From positions 96,001 to 160,000 of the IMG/VR virus record IMGVR_UViG_3300032315_001401: a DNA stretch of 64,000 nucleotides. One strand, given 5' to 3'. A program made the position numbers and the translations under genes. The DNA is from a virus. Below, in pieces: positions 1 to 10,604 of the stretch; position 1 is the first letter of the stretch; each line of letters opens with the position of its first letter. Below the pieces are notes generated by a model. The model did no database searches, was not told the DNA's origin, and was given only the letters and a program-made list of their open reading frames with translations.

Positions 1-1113
1 GAAGATATAAGTTCCAATTCCAGAAAGAACTGGTGGTGGCGCAATTGTTACAGTTGGTGCAACTGTATATCCCGCTCCTGGATTTATAATTCTTAAAGAA
101 TTAACTGTTTGTCCAGTTCCCACAACTGCTACAGAAGTAGCAGTTTCTCCAACTCCGGTTGGTCCACTTATTGTTACCAGTGGGGGAGTAACGTACCCAA
201 CTCCAAAATTAATCATTGTAATGGTAGAAATTCCACTTTGTATAGTTTCAATCGAGCACGTAGCTGCAGCACCAATCCCCCCTCCTCCAGAAATTGCAAT
301 AGATGGTGTAACTGTATACCCCGCTCCTGCGGAAATTAAAATAATGGATTCTACAGATTTAACTCCACCTTTACTTGTGGTAATAGCTACTGCACCTGCA
401 GTTATTCCACCTGGAGGAGCAGATGTAAATTCAACGATAGGTGTAGAAGTGTAACCATACCCATCATTATTTAAAAATATTTTACGCACATATCCTGTTC
501 CTAAAGTAGCAGTAGCAGAAGCTGTCGATCCTGCTCCAATAAGTTGTAAAGTAGTAATATATCCCTCATCTTTAATTTGACTATCAATTTCTTCAATAGA
601 TGTATCAATAACCTCATCTTCATATTCAAATAATTCACATTTTAATTCATACATATAAAGTTTTCCAAGTTGATAAAAATTAACTTCGTGTTCGACGAAC
701 TTAACTTCAAATAATCTTTGCCCTAAAGGAAAATAAACTAAATCACCTTCTCTTGGTCTGGATGTAAGAGGAATTTCATCATTATCAGGTATTTCTAAAA
801 ATGGAGATATAAAATCTTCAAACCTTTCTTTTGAAATTACTAGACTTAATTCATCTTTTAAATTGACACCAAATTTCGAAAGAATATCTCCCTGACCACT
901 ATATCCATCATAATTGTTAATATATGCTTCAATTGCGTAGTTATCATCAAATTTAGAGGATTGAATTTCTCTAATAATAGTTTGTTTCCTTACAAACTTT
1001 CTAGGAATGTAAATTACATCAACTCCATAAATTTTCAATTGCTCGTTAATTAAGTCTTGTACAAGTCTTTGTTCTCCTGGAGAACCTTGTAAAAAGAAAG
1101 GATTAAGTGCCAT
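1..1113 (-). CDS. gp14: Neck protein gp14 (3' end runs off the window) with C-terminal GxGYTxxPxVxI repeats
   Basis: Manual translation from ATG at 1113 gives MALNPFFLQGSPGEQRLVQDLINEQLKIYGVDVIYIPRKF, the typical cyanomyophage gp14 N-terminus. It directly follows gp13. It is absent from the ORF track because there is no stop codon in the window. Confidence 0.9.
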   Translation of the reverse strand, partial: MALNPFFLQGSPGEQRLVQDLINEQLKIYGVDVIYIPRKFVRKQTIIREIQSSKFDDNYAIEAYINNYDGYSGQGDILSKFGVNLKDELSLVISKERFEDFISPFLEIPDNDEIPLTSRPREGDLVYFPLGQRLFEVKFVEHEVNFYQLGKLYMYELKCELFEYEDEVIDTSIEEIDSQIKDEGYITTLQLIGAGSTASATATLGTGYVRKIFLNNDGYGYTSTPIVEFTSAPPGGITAGAVAITTSKGGVKSVESIILISAGAGYTVTPSIAISGGGGIGAAATCSIETIQSGISTITMINFGVGYVTPPLVTISGPTGVGETATSVAVVGTGQTVNSLRIINPGAGYTVAPTVTIAPPPVLSGIGTYIF

Positions 1114-1115
1114 TA

Positions 1116-1958
1116 TTATCCAATAAAATCGTAAGGTGGAAGTTCATAATCCATAGACATTCTTTGCATTATGTCTGCTAGTTCCTTTTCAGCATCTTCG
1201 TATATTTCTCTACCATTCAATTCAATTCCACCAGGAAGTTTGACTCCTCTGAATTTAATTAGATTCTGACCCCATTGTCTTTTTATTAGTGCAGTTAAGT
1301 ATCTCTTCAAAAAACTATCATTATAAACTTTAGTAAACTCATTAGGATCTAAAATTCTATAACAATCAATTATAATATAACTATCTTTTGTTTTTGCAGT
1401 CCAATCTATATCTAAATATAATCTATTCTGCCGCTTATTGTAACGTATTTGTTTGTCTGGAGTAAGTAAAAAGTCAATATCCTCTAGGTAGGTTTTAACC
1501 ATCGCATATTGTAGAAGTTCAACAGAATTGAAATAATATAAATCGTTTAAAAATAATTGATACTTAATACTAAACATTCCAGCAGAAATAGAGCTAGTAT
1601 CAAATTTAAAAACTTTTTCAATTCCTATCACAGAGTCTGGAACTTGTATGAAATTCGAGTTCTCATAAAAACTAAAAGTAGTGGTGCCAATGCCACTAAT
1701 ATTGGATGTTCCTGTTGTAGTAACAATCCCCACACCAACTTTAGGGTCTGCTTGCCCCCTATTTAAATCTTGATCTGTTATCTTATATTTAAGATACATT
1801 CTTTCAACACCATCAAAATGCCTTTCATTAAAATATTGTAAAGCGTCATCAACTAAATCATCTATTTGATCATCATCAACATTAATTTCTAAAACTGGTG
1901 CTCCTAATCTTCTTAGACAATAATCAATTAATTGTTGTCTACTTGCTGGTTTTGCCAT
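1116..1958 (-). CDS. gp13: Neck protein gp13
   Basis: MAKPASRQQLIDYCLRRLGAPVLEINVDDDQIDDLVDDALQYFNERHFDG and C-terminal LPGGIELNGREIYEDA are T4-like gp13 signatures. Likely start is 1958, not 1991. Confidence 0.93.
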   Translation of the reverse strand: MAKPASRQQLIDYCLRRLGAPVLEINVDDDQIDDLVDDALQYFNERHFDGVERMYLKYKITDQDLNRGQADPKVGVGIVTTTGTSNISGIGTTTFSFYENSNFIQVPDSVIGIEKVFKFDTSSISAGMFSIKYQLFLNDLYYFNSVELLQYAMVKTYLEDIDFLLTPDKQIRYNKRQNRLYLDIDWTAKTKDSYIIIDCYRILDPNEFTKVYNDSFLKRYLTALIKRQWGQNLIKFRGVKLPGGIELNGREIYEDAEKELADIMQRMSMDYELPPYDFIG

Positions 1959-2572
1959 TAGTAATTGCCTCCATCTATTACATTTGACCAAATTGGAACA
2001 TTACTATTATTTGTTGTTAATATATAATTAGTTGTAGTAGTGTTACCAACTCCAGGAGAATTTGTAGCAGTAAGAATACCAGATGGTCCAAAAAATGGAA
2101 TTGCATAAATTGGATATGGTCCAGTGTAGTAAATATTACCACCCAGATTTAAATCTCCTGTAATAGTTGCGTTTCTTGCTGTAAATTCATCTAACCTTAA
2201 ATCGTCACTAATATATAAGTCACCATCAATATAAACATCATTTTTAAATGTAGATAATCCTACAAATGTTGATACTCCAGTTACATTTAAATTAACTACT
2301 GTTGCAATTCCAGTAATATTTGCGTTTCTTGCTGTAAATTCATCAAATTTTAAATCATCACCAACTATTAAATCACCATCAATATAGACATCATTTTTGA
2401 ATGTAGATACTCCTACAAATGTTGATACGCCACTTACAGACAACTCTCGTATGGAACCAATTCCACCTATTACATTTTCTGCAACTACAGCTTTACCACC
2501 TGCAGCTCCAGAAACACTTGAAACAATTTTTACTGCATTTTGTTGCCCAACTCTAACTTTAATATCTGACAT
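1958..2572 (-). CDS. Hypothetical virion-associated protein with an internal 51-aa duplication (GVSTF-type repeats)
   Basis: ORF track. Two copies of VSTFVGxSTFKNDVYIDGDLxxxDDLxxDEFTARNAxITG. Lies in the structural operon. Confidence 0.6.
   Translation of the reverse strand: MSDIKVRVGQQNAVKIVSSVSGAAGGKAVVAENVIGGIGSIRELSVSGVSTFVGVSTFKNDVYIDGDLIVGDDLKFDEFTARNANITGIATVVNLNVTGVSTFVGLSTFKNDVYIDGDLYISDDLRLDEFTARNATITGDLNLGGNIYYTGPYPIYAIPFFGPSGILTATNSPGVGNTTTTNYILTTNNSNVPIWSNVIDGGNY
2168..2440. repeat. 153-nt period direct duplication inside ORF 1958..2572
   Basis: tgcgtttcttgctgtaaattcatc occurs at 2168 and 2321, an offset of 153 nt (51 codons). Confidence 0.9.
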
Positions 2573-2916
2573 TATCGAGTAACTCCTTCTGTTACAAGAA
2601 CCATTCCTTCAATTACTCTATTTCTTATATTAAACCTATCTATTATAACAACATCATAAACATATCTTCCGGGTTTTAAATTTGTTGTTTGGACAGAGGT
2701 TAATGAAATTAAGATTCTTCCGGAAGTTGATGGAATTTCAATACTAGTCGTAAAAGTTGTTGCACTGGAACTACCTGCCCATTTTCGCATTTGTGCTTCT
2801 ACCGTATATCCAGTCAAATTAAAAGCAGAATTTGTATCAGTTCCCTCTAAAGTAAACGATTGACTGAAGTCTGCCCCAGAATTTATGACTAGGTTATTTA
2901 CATATACTGCAGCCAT
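2572..2916 (-). CDS. Conserved cyanomyophage virion structural protein (114 aa)
   Basis: MAAVYVNNLVINSGADFSQSFTL...GRYVYDV...RVIEGMVLVTEGVTR resembles a common small structural protein family of cyanomyophages. A late promoter lies upstream. Confidence 0.6.
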   Translation of the reverse strand: MAAVYVNNLVINSGADFSQSFTLEGTDTNSAFNLTGYTVEAQMRKWAGSSSATTFTTSIEIPSTSGRILISLTSVQTTNLKPGRYVYDVVIIDRFNIRNRVIEGMVLVTEGVTR

Positions 2917-2939
2917 TTATTCCTTTAAGATCTACTTGT

Positions 2940-2947
2940 TATTTATG
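2940..2947 (-). promoter_or_regulatory. T4-type late promoter (CATAAATA)
   Basis: Reverse complement of tatttatg, about 25 nt upstream of ORF 2572..2916. Matches the gp55-dependent TATAAATA consensus at 7/8. Confidence 0.6.
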
Positions 2948-3119
2948 TTTCAAGTGCTCCTAAAGATTTTATAACCTCTTGCTGTTTTAAATACAATTTG
3001 CAATATAATTTTGAAAAGTTTTTAAGTTGATTAAAATCCATTTCGTCAATAAATCTCGAATGCTTTTCATATTCAAATAATTTATCGATAGTATCGAGAG
3101 TAATTTCATTTGGATCCAT
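2943..3119 (-). CDS. nblA: NblA-like phycobilisome degradation adaptor (58 aa, below the ORF-track cutoff)
   Basis: Manual translation: MDPNEITLDTIDKLFEYEKHSRFIDEMDFNQLKNFSKLYCKLYLKQQEVIKSLGALET. Strong SD (AAGGAG) upstream. Size and two-helix pattern fit NblA. The family assignment is by pattern only. Confidence 0.55.
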   Translation of the reverse strand: MDPNEITLDTIDKLFEYEKHSRFIDEMDFNQLKNFSKLYCKLYLKQQEVIKSLGALET

Positions 3120-3309
3120 TAATTATCTCCTTTAATAAAGTTTTAATTTCATCTATATCTTGTTTAATTTTATTCAATTCATTTTTTTGCGACTCTCTAT
3201 TACTCAAACTATTTACATATTGATTATAAGCATTATTGTCGCAGTTTATAATTGCTCCAGAATTTTCATCTCTGTATAAATTTGGGTGCCCTTTTACTGG
3301 TATCATCAT
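3106..3309 (-). CDS. Conserved cyanophage hypothetical protein with C-terminal coiled coil
   Basis: MIPVKGHPNLYRDENSGAIINCD... is translationally coupled to the upstream large virion gene. Confidence 0.7.
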   Translation of the reverse strand: MMIPVKGHPNLYRDENSGAIINCDNNAYNQYVNSLSNRESQKNELNKIKQDIDEIKTLLKEIINGSK

Positions 3310-6300
3310 CTAATTGCAATGGTTCTTAAATCTTTAAACCTAGGTGGATATGCTTGATTTGTGGATGACATAGCAATTTTAATTGTAAATCCACTAAATT
3401 GCCCTAGATTGTTAGCAGAAAATTCATATTCTAAAAATTGATTTCTACTGCTTGCTGGCACAAAAGTATCTGGCAACCCACTATTATTGGCAGGATCTAT
3501 AACATCGGGATATCCATCATTATTATTATCAATCGTCAAATTATCATAACCTGGGAATAGTTCGAATGATTGCTCAATCTCACTAGAGTCTGGTCTTATT
3601 AAACTATAAAGAACTCTGAAATCTGCAGAAAAATGCCTATATGCGGAAAGAATTACTTTTAATGAAGTTGCTGGTTGTGTCAATGTTACAGTATTTGAAA
3701 CATAAATCGCAGAATGTGGATCGTCAAGAATTGAATTTACTCTACCATCTTGTTGATAATTTGATATTGGTGAATTAATTCTGTTGCTATGAAAATCTGT
3801 AAATGATGTATCTAAGAATATTTGGGGGGATACATATTTATTGCTAGACAGTAAAGTAATCGCTGTAGTGAATGATTTATTTCTAGGTAAAGCGGTTAAA
3901 AATGTATCTTCATTTACTTTTGATGCAACTATTCTTGACGAGGGGAGGGTGTTTAAAGAATTCAATTGAATTTCTTCATATCCCAAATCTTGGAATGAAA
4001 TTTCATTACCGCCGATACTAGTTCCACTAACTGATCTAATTTTTGCGGACAGTGAAGTTGCTGAAGTTGGAGTTGCTGCGTCATAGAATGGAATTATTGT
4101 ATCATATTGAATATTTTCAGATGCAAATACTTTAGATCCTCCGGAAGTAAGTTCTGAAGAGAATGATAATTGTGGATACCCAGCAGGAGTATTATCTGCA
4201 CTTCTATTCACACCATTAGAAGTTCTATCAATTTCAATATAATAATTATCAATATCCAATCCAGTGTCGCTAATATCGTGAGTCGTATTGATTCTTGCAA
4301 GAGATATTCCATTAAATTCATACTTATATACTGGAATATTAGTTGAATGTGGGATTGGAATCGTAAAAAATTGCCCCCTTGTTACAGTTTCTAACGAATT
4401 AGATCCGACGCTTTCGTATTTAATAATTTCATTTTCTATAATTGCATATCCTGGATTAGTTCCATTTACAGATTTGCTCTCAAACGTTGCAAAGTTCGAA
4501 GTACTTGCGACCGAAATTGATGTAGAGGATGCTGTTATTGATTGAGATAAAGTTGTTGGTCCTGTGTTGGGAGAAACACCACTAATTAAAACTTTATTAT
4601 TTGCAGCATACATTCCATGATTGAAATGATTTACTTTAACATAATTTCCATTATAAATTGATCCAACTGGAGTAGATGATCTAATATATGTTGTTGCTAG
4701 AGAAACAGAATTATTTGATGAATCAAAATAAACTAGATTTGCAGTTCCATCTGAAGTGAATGAATCACCTTGAACATTATTTAAGTATAGAGTATCAATC
4801 CCATTATTATTTCCAGTAATTGTAATTCTAGCATCTCTACCACTATTACTTGAAACTGAAGAAGTTACAATACCAACAACATCTCCAATTGCATAACCAT
4901 TTCCTGAGGTTACGATAGAAGCAGTAGTAATTCCTCCGCCAGAAGCAGTTATATTCAAAACAAGACCAGATCCATTTCCAATAATATTATAAGTTGAGAC
5001 ATTGGTATCTGATACATAGTTTGATCCTGCTGTTGTGACTCCAACAGAAGAAACTGAACAACCAGTACCTACAATATAACCATAATTATAAGTTTTAGTA
5101 GATTCACTAATTTTTCTGCCAGTAGTTAAAATACCAATCATATTGGAATTTGTTACTGTCGTAATTCCAATTTTTAATTTTCTTGGGAAAACTGTAAGTG
5201 GATTATTTTGTAAGTTTTTAACGTAACCATTACTTTCATTTAATGTTGGGTTGTAAAAATATGCAGTAGATGGAGTGTCAGTAACAAAATTTGCTCTATA
5301 TAAAGTAAATTTCATGTCCTGATATTGATCAGCAGTCCAAACAGATCCATTTTGTGATTTGAATAGACTTCCCATTGCAAATTGTTGAGTGTATAAAACT
5401 GCCTCAGAATCTGGAAGATTTTTAGACTGAATTGTTTTTTTACCCATTTCTCCAATAAAAACTTCATACTCAGTGCTTTCCGGCGCTAAAAGCACAAGAG
5501 CATACTCTAAACCTGGAGATAAGTAAATTGGATAGTCAAATTTAACTTTTGTTGCAATAGAAGCATCATCCGAAGTTTGAATTTGATCTGGTCTAAGAGT
5601 GACAGAATTTCCAACCACTACTGTTGTTGGAGTTCCTAATGCAACAGTTCTTATTTCAACTGTTAATGGATTATTTCCACTATCCTTCTTATAAAAATAT
5701 AAATCAACTTCAGTTAGGAAACCACCGTCTTGATCAACTGTAAATGTTTGTGCAAGAGGGTCCTTTCCTCCACCTCTATCCTGTTGAGGAAACTGTGTTT
5801 GCTCAAAGTTTGTTGTTACTCTAGTTATATTTGTAGTTGTTAGTCTAGTATTAGTTACAGTTGTTGTATCTGTAATTGTAGTTTCATATAATTCTAAAGT
5901 ACCATCTGAGATATAATTCGTCTCAGCAGCAGAAACGGTAGTACTTCCAGAAACTGCCACGTCATTTGTTGAACTTGATGAAACTTTGAATGTCTTGGTT
6001 CCGGTATTAATTCTTACATTTGGTGGTGGAGATGTATTGGGATCTCTAATGAAGAAGGAACCTATTAAATCTCCATAATTGTCAGATATTAATCTGAGAT
6101 CTTTTACATATGCTATAGCACCACTTGTTTGCCCTACAAGTTTTGCTCCCTTTACCAAATACCCAGAATAAAGACCTTGTGCTTCTTCCGATATTGAATA
6201 AGTATCAACGTTTAAAATCTTTGATGAAGCACTATATGCATCTGGTATTGACTCTGATCTAAAATATGGATTTGTTGTAAACTTAGTAGTTGGTGCATTA

Positions 6301-9300
6301 TAAGATCCTATTTTGTGAGATGGCATTGCCACTCTAAAGGTTATTACTTTGTTACTTTGATTATCATATCCAATTACAGTTTCTCCAATTGTAAATGCCC
6401 CAGAAGAACCATAGTTTTCTAATGATTCGCTATTTGCAATTTCAATAAGTTTTGGTATAAAATCTACAGATCCGTTTCCATCCAAAAATTGATAATATCT
6501 AGTGTATGGTTTCAGACTAGTAATTGAAAATTCAGTATTTCTAGATCTCATGTATTCTTCTGCACGAGACTCTACTAGTCTTGTAGAACTTGTGCTTCTG
6601 GCAGAAGAACTACTAGTTTCTGTTACAGTTTGAGAAAATTCGGTTGAAAGTTCAGTTCTACTTGCTTCAGCTCCATTATCAACTGTGACCGTTCTATCTC
6701 CTAAAACAGTATTATCTCTTTCAACCAGAACAAAATCAGTAACAGATATAGTTTTATTTGGCAATTGTATAGTTCTTACCCAATTATCTCTGTCTGGTGA
6801 TAATTTTATAGATCCTTTGTAAGAAATTACATGGAATGGATTAACATTTTCTACCTGAGTTGCCAAAGGTTGTTCAATCCATTTTTCAGAATCATACTTA
6901 AGAGTAACAGTATTTCCTGTTTTTTGTACATTGGAATCTATCAATGTATAATTAGTTGAAAGATCAACTTCTTCATTTGTAGTATTAAGTGCAGGGGCAA
7001 GATAATTTTTAAGACTATTTCTAGAGATAATAGGTCTCATTTCTTGCAATTGAGAATCTATCTCAAGAAGGGAAAGATTTAAATTTATTCTCCCATAATC
7101 TTTAAAATCATCCACAAAAAATCCAGTTTTAAATCTACTGAATCCTTGCGAATCTTGCACTTGTAAAGTTTGAGTGCTCAATTCTAAGAGTGATAATGAA
7201 GTTATCCTTTCGAGATTCTTAACTCTATTTTCAATGAGACCAATGTCTCTCATTGTGTATCTTCTATTATCAACCAGAGATAATGTTGCATTATTTGGAC
7301 TATACAAGTAAGGTGGCAAATTGATTGTTGCAATCTCCATCACATCATCAATTTTAATAGGAGATTTTGGATTTGATGATGATGTACCTTGAATATAGAC
7401 AAATTCTCCACTCTTATCAAGATAAATTTTATCTATCCTTCCAATATAGTAATCATACCCAATAATTGCACTTTCATCTGGAGTTAAATTTAACTTAATA
7501 GAAGAACTGAAGTTTCTATTTGAAAAATCAAATGGAGAAGAATTAGATGCAGTAAATATAGATACTCTAGGTCTAAAATCAAGAGTATCTGATGCTCTCA
7601 AATTTTTAGCACCAATTAATGGGACATCATTTAAAAATTGTTCTTTATCGTAACTTAATACAGTAAATACATCCCCATTATCAGTAGATGGAACGCTATA
7701 ATAATCAAAAACTACTAAAAGTCTTCTAGAAGGCTCAGTCTCCCCTTCGTTTCTTACAATTCTAGAATAATCGTAATATTGTTCTTTCTGACCCTTATCT
7801 AATTTAAATCTATTTGTTATATCATTATAACTTCCTAAAGTAGTAAAATCTATTTCTCCAATTATATTGGATTCTTCAAATGTAACGCTTTCATTATTTA
7901 AAAATCTATTTGAATTTAAAAAGACAACACCAACACTATTTGTAGATCTTGTTACGACTCTAGCTATACAACCACTTTCAGAACCTATTATATTTTCACC
8001 AATAATTGCATTTCCACCAATATTTAAAACACTGCTAAATGATAAAGTGTCCAATGAAGGATTTGATGTATTTAAGGATTCATAAACTGCTAAAACTTTT
8101 GAAACATCTGGATAATTAAGAGAAACCTCTTGATCTTGTACTCTCAAACCATAATATGGATTATATTCGAGACCATCATTAATGGAAGTACTAATTCCAG
8201 TTCCAGATTCTAAATATTTTGAATAAGTTACATTTATTGTTTGACTTCTATTATATTGCTTTTCTTTACTTTGCACTCCATTTTTAATGAAAGTTGCATT
8301 AATTGAGGATGTTGTTTTTCCTGAAGTAAGATTTGATAAAGTAATTTGATTATTGGATAATGAGAATTGATCTGGTGTTAATGATTGTGTAGTTCCGTCA
8401 GTGTAATGTACAGAATAACGCTCTTCATCAAATGCTTGGAACAAAGCAGTTGTTAATCCCGTTGGAAGTGAAAAATCGGAAACAGATAATACAATTGGAC
8501 TACTCGATGATTTGGCAGAAGTTGATTGGGCACTAAAAGTCAGAACCGAATCATTTAAATCTATTGATGATAAATTAGAATTGGGAACTTCTGCATATAA
8601 AAATCCCTTTTCAATATTTTTAATTGAAGGAGATCCAATACTAAATGATACATTTGTGGAAACTCCAACAGCACCATTGCAGACTCCAGTAACAGATGGA
8701 ATAGCAACAACTGTCATAGAGTCGCCAGTTGAACTGACGCTACTTACTCTATTGAAGTTTTCTGAAGATCCAGTTGATGTTTGATATCTAATTATACTTC
8801 CAGGTTTAATTGAATTGAAAAATTTTCCTGGCGAAGTTACAACTCCACCTGCACTAATATTAACTGTATCGGCAGCATTAAATCCGATGGGTAGTTCTTT
8901 AGTTAAAACAGAATCCCCCATAAACGCAGTAGTAAAACCAGATACTGCAGTAGATTGATAGACTTGTTTAATATCACTACTGCCATATACTGCAATGTTA
9001 GCAATTAATCTTGGATATAATTCCAGACCATTAATAATTATTTGCTCACCAGTTATAAAAGATCCCGAAGTCTGCCTTAAATTAACTATAGTTGTACCAT
9101 CTCCAGCAGAAACTGCAAATCCACTTGCACCACTACTTTTTCCTTTAATAAATGAAGTAGATGGTAATTGAGAATTAGATAATCCCTGATTTAAAGTTAA
9201 TGTTGTATATGTTTGAATATCATAAAGATATAAGTCCCAATTTGTGGACGATGATGAGTAAGCAGCATCCGTCAGTCTAAAATTATAAACTCTAGCGTCT

Positions 9301-10601
9301 CCAATTTTTGTTATAGAACTTGGATTTCCTGATGTGCTTCTTCTGATCCCATGCAATTCTAATGATTCATTTTGTTTTGGAGATCCTGTTATATTATTAA
9401 TTCTCAGTAAATTTCCCATCTCAAATGGGATGCTTACATTTCCGACATTTTGAGTTTCTCTAGGTTTTGAAACATCTAAAATAGTAGTAGAAATTTTTTC
9501 AATATCATATCCCCTAACATATGCTTTGCCAGGTGACAATTTAATACACATTAAATCGTCAGATGGGGCATTACCACTATCGGTTTTTTGATCTTTAAAA
9601 TATAAACCATTATTTCCAAGTCTATCGTTCAAAGAATCATGTAAAGAAATTTTAAAAGGAGTTATTGAATAATTTCCAGATTCATCAAAAGTTCTTTGAG
9701 CCAAATAATCTTTGATTAAAGAATATTCGGTGTTTGTATTTAATTTTTTAACCTGGCCAGCATCTATTCTAAGAAGTTCAATAAAATCTACATCAGTATC
9801 AACACTATCAATTGGTTTTTTGGTTAAAGATAATCCTATTTTAAATCTATCAGCACCTGGCGCAGCATAATTAGTAAATCCTTTTGCATTATCATAAAGA
9901 GAATCATCCTCTTTTGCTGTTACAATTTCTTCAGATACTTTAAGACCCACTCTGTAGGAAGGTATATTTGTATAATAGTCTAAAATAATGGTTTGCTTAG
10001 AAACTTTTGTAAATGTACCCCTAACAAAGTAAATTCCAGTATCAATAGAAACTGCAGATCCAATGGATGTTGCTTCAGTGGAAATCAAAGATGCAAAAGG
10101 ATTTCCAGATACGATAGTTGTATTTCCATAAACTACATTTTCATCTGACGATAAAGATTCACCATCTTGAAAGGGTGTAATTATAAAATTTTCTCCAGAA
10201 TCAATATACTTTACATATAAAGTGATATATTTTATATTATTAATAGAATCTGGAATCTCAATTTTTTGAACAACTCCAGTTACACCGGAAATTTGTCCTG
10301 TAATTTTTTTACCCAAAAATTGATTAATATATAATGAAATATTTACACCAAAATTAGTTGCATTTAACTTAACTGCATTGAATTGTGGATCATAAGTTAA
10401 ATTTCCGGGAATTACAACCGAACCTTCTTTAAATATATGACTACCAAATGATTCAATCTGATTTTGTAAAATTGATTGAATATTATTTAATTCTCTTGCT
10501 TGTACAGGTTTTCCTGGATTAAAAAGAACTTTATAAAAATTCTTTTCGGCGTCAAAATCGTCAAAATAAGGACTTACATTTAAATTTGTTTTTTGTGCCA
10601 T
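3306..10601 (-). CDS. Large virion structural protein, DUF4815 (VrlC-like), 2431 aa
   Basis: N-terminus MAQKTNLNVSPYFDDFDAEKNFYKVLFNPGKPVQARELNNIQSILQNQ plus NYAAPGADRFKI and RTFDESGNY motifs. This gene conventionally follows gp8 in cyanomyophages. Confidence 0.85.
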   Translation of the reverse strand: MAQKTNLNVSPYFDDFDAEKNFYKVLFNPGKPVQARELNNIQSILQNQIESFGSHIFKEGSVVIPGNLTYDPQFNAVKLNATNFGVNISLYINQFLGKKITGQISGVTGVVQKIEIPDSINNIKYITLYVKYIDSGENFIITPFQDGESLSSDENVVYGNTTIVSGNPFASLISTEATSIGSAVSIDTGIYFVRGTFTKVSKQTIILDYYTNIPSYRVGLKVSEEIVTAKEDDSLYDNAKGFTNYAAPGADRFKIGLSLTKKPIDSVDTDVDFIELLRIDAGQVKKLNTNTEYSLIKDYLAQRTFDESGNYSITPFKISLHDSLNDRLGNNGLYFKDQKTDSGNAPSDDLMCIKLSPGKAYVRGYDIEKISTTILDVSKPRETQNVGNVSIPFEMGNLLRINNITGSPKQNESLELHGIRRSTSGNPSSITKIGDARVYNFRLTDAAYSSSSTNWDLYLYDIQTYTTLTLNQGLSNSQLPSTSFIKGKSSGASGFAVSAGDGTTIVNLRQTSGSFITGEQIIINGLELYPRLIANIAVYGSSDIKQVYQSTAVSGFTTAFMGDSVLTKELPIGFNAADTVNISAGGVVTSPGKFFNSIKPGSIIRYQTSTGSSENFNRVSSVSSTGDSMTVVAIPSVTGVCNGAVGVSTNVSFSIGSPSIKNIEKGFLYAEVPNSNLSSIDLNDSVLTFSAQSTSAKSSSSPIVLSVSDFSLPTGLTTALFQAFDEERYSVHYTDGTTQSLTPDQFSLSNNQITLSNLTSGKTTSSINATFIKNGVQSKEKQYNRSQTINVTYSKYLESGTGISTSINDGLEYNPYYGLRVQDQEVSLNYPDVSKVLAVYESLNTSNPSLDTLSFSSVLNIGGNAIIGENIIGSESGCIARVVTRSTNSVGVVFLNSNRFLNNESVTFEESNIIGEIDFTTLGSYNDITNRFKLDKGQKEQYYDYSRIVRNEGETEPSRRLLVVFDYYSVPSTDNGDVFTVLSYDKEQFLNDVPLIGAKNLRASDTLDFRPRVSIFTASNSSPFDFSNRNFSSSIKLNLTPDESAIIGYDYYIGRIDKIYLDKSGEFVYIQGTSSSNPKSPIKIDDVMEIATINLPPYLYSPNNATLSLVDNRRYTMRDIGLIENRVKNLERITSLSLLELSTQTLQVQDSQGFSRFKTGFFVDDFKDYGRINLNLSLLEIDSQLQEMRPIISRNSLKNYLAPALNTTNEEVDLSTNYTLIDSNVQKTGNTVTLKYDSEKWIEQPLATQVENVNPFHVISYKGSIKLSPDRDNWVRTIQLPNKTISVTDFVLVERDNTVLGDRTVTVDNGAEASRTELSTEFSQTVTETSSSSARSTSSTRLVESRAEEYMRSRNTEFSITSLKPYTRYYQFLDGNGSVDFIPKLIEIANSESLENYGSSGAFTIGETVIGYDNQSNKVITFRVAMPSHKIGSYNAPTTKFTTNPYFRSESIPDAYSASSKILNVDTYSISEEAQGLYSGYLVKGAKLVGQTSGAIAYVKDLRLISDNYGDLIGSFFIRDPNTSPPPNVRINTGTKTFKVSSSSTNDVAVSGSTTVSAAETNYISDGTLELYETTITDTTTVTNTRLTTTNITRVTTNFEQTQFPQQDRGGGKDPLAQTFTVDQDGGFLTEVDLYFYKKDSGNNPLTVEIRTVALGTPTTVVVGNSVTLRPDQIQTSDDASIATKVKFDYPIYLSPGLEYALVLLAPESTEYEVFIGEMGKKTIQSKNLPDSEAVLYTQQFAMGSLFKSQNGSVWTADQYQDMKFTLYRANFVTDTPSTAYFYNPTLNESNGYVKNLQNNPLTVFPRKLKIGITTVTNSNMIGILTTGRKISESTKTYNYGYIVGTGCSVSSVGVTTAGSNYVSDTNVSTYNIIGNGSGLVLNITASGGGITTASIVTSGNGYAIGDVVGIVTSSVSSNSGRDARITITGNNNGIDTLYLNNVQGDSFTSDGTANLVYFDSSNNSVSLATTYIRSSTPVGSIYNGNYVKVNHFNHGMYAANNKVLISGVSPNTGPTTLSQSITASSTSISVASTSNFATFESKSVNGTNPGYAIIENEIIKYESVGSNSLETVTRGQFFTIPIPHSTNIPVYKYEFNGISLARINTTHDISDTGLDIDNYYIEIDRTSNGVNRSADNTPAGYPQLSFSSELTSGGSKVFASENIQYDTIIPFYDAATPTSATSLSAKIRSVSGTSIGGNEISFQDLGYEEIQLNSLNTLPSSRIVASKVNEDTFLTALPRNKSFTTAITLLSSNKYVSPQIFLDTSFTDFHSNRINSPISNYQQDGRVNSILDDPHSAIYVSNTVTLTQPATSLKVILSAYRHFSADFRVLYSLIRPDSSEIEQSFELFPGYDNLTIDNNNDGYPDVIDPANNSGLPDTFVPASSRNQFLEYEFSANNLGQFSGFTIKIAMSSTNQAYPPRFKDLRTIAIR

Positions 10602-10604
10602 TGG

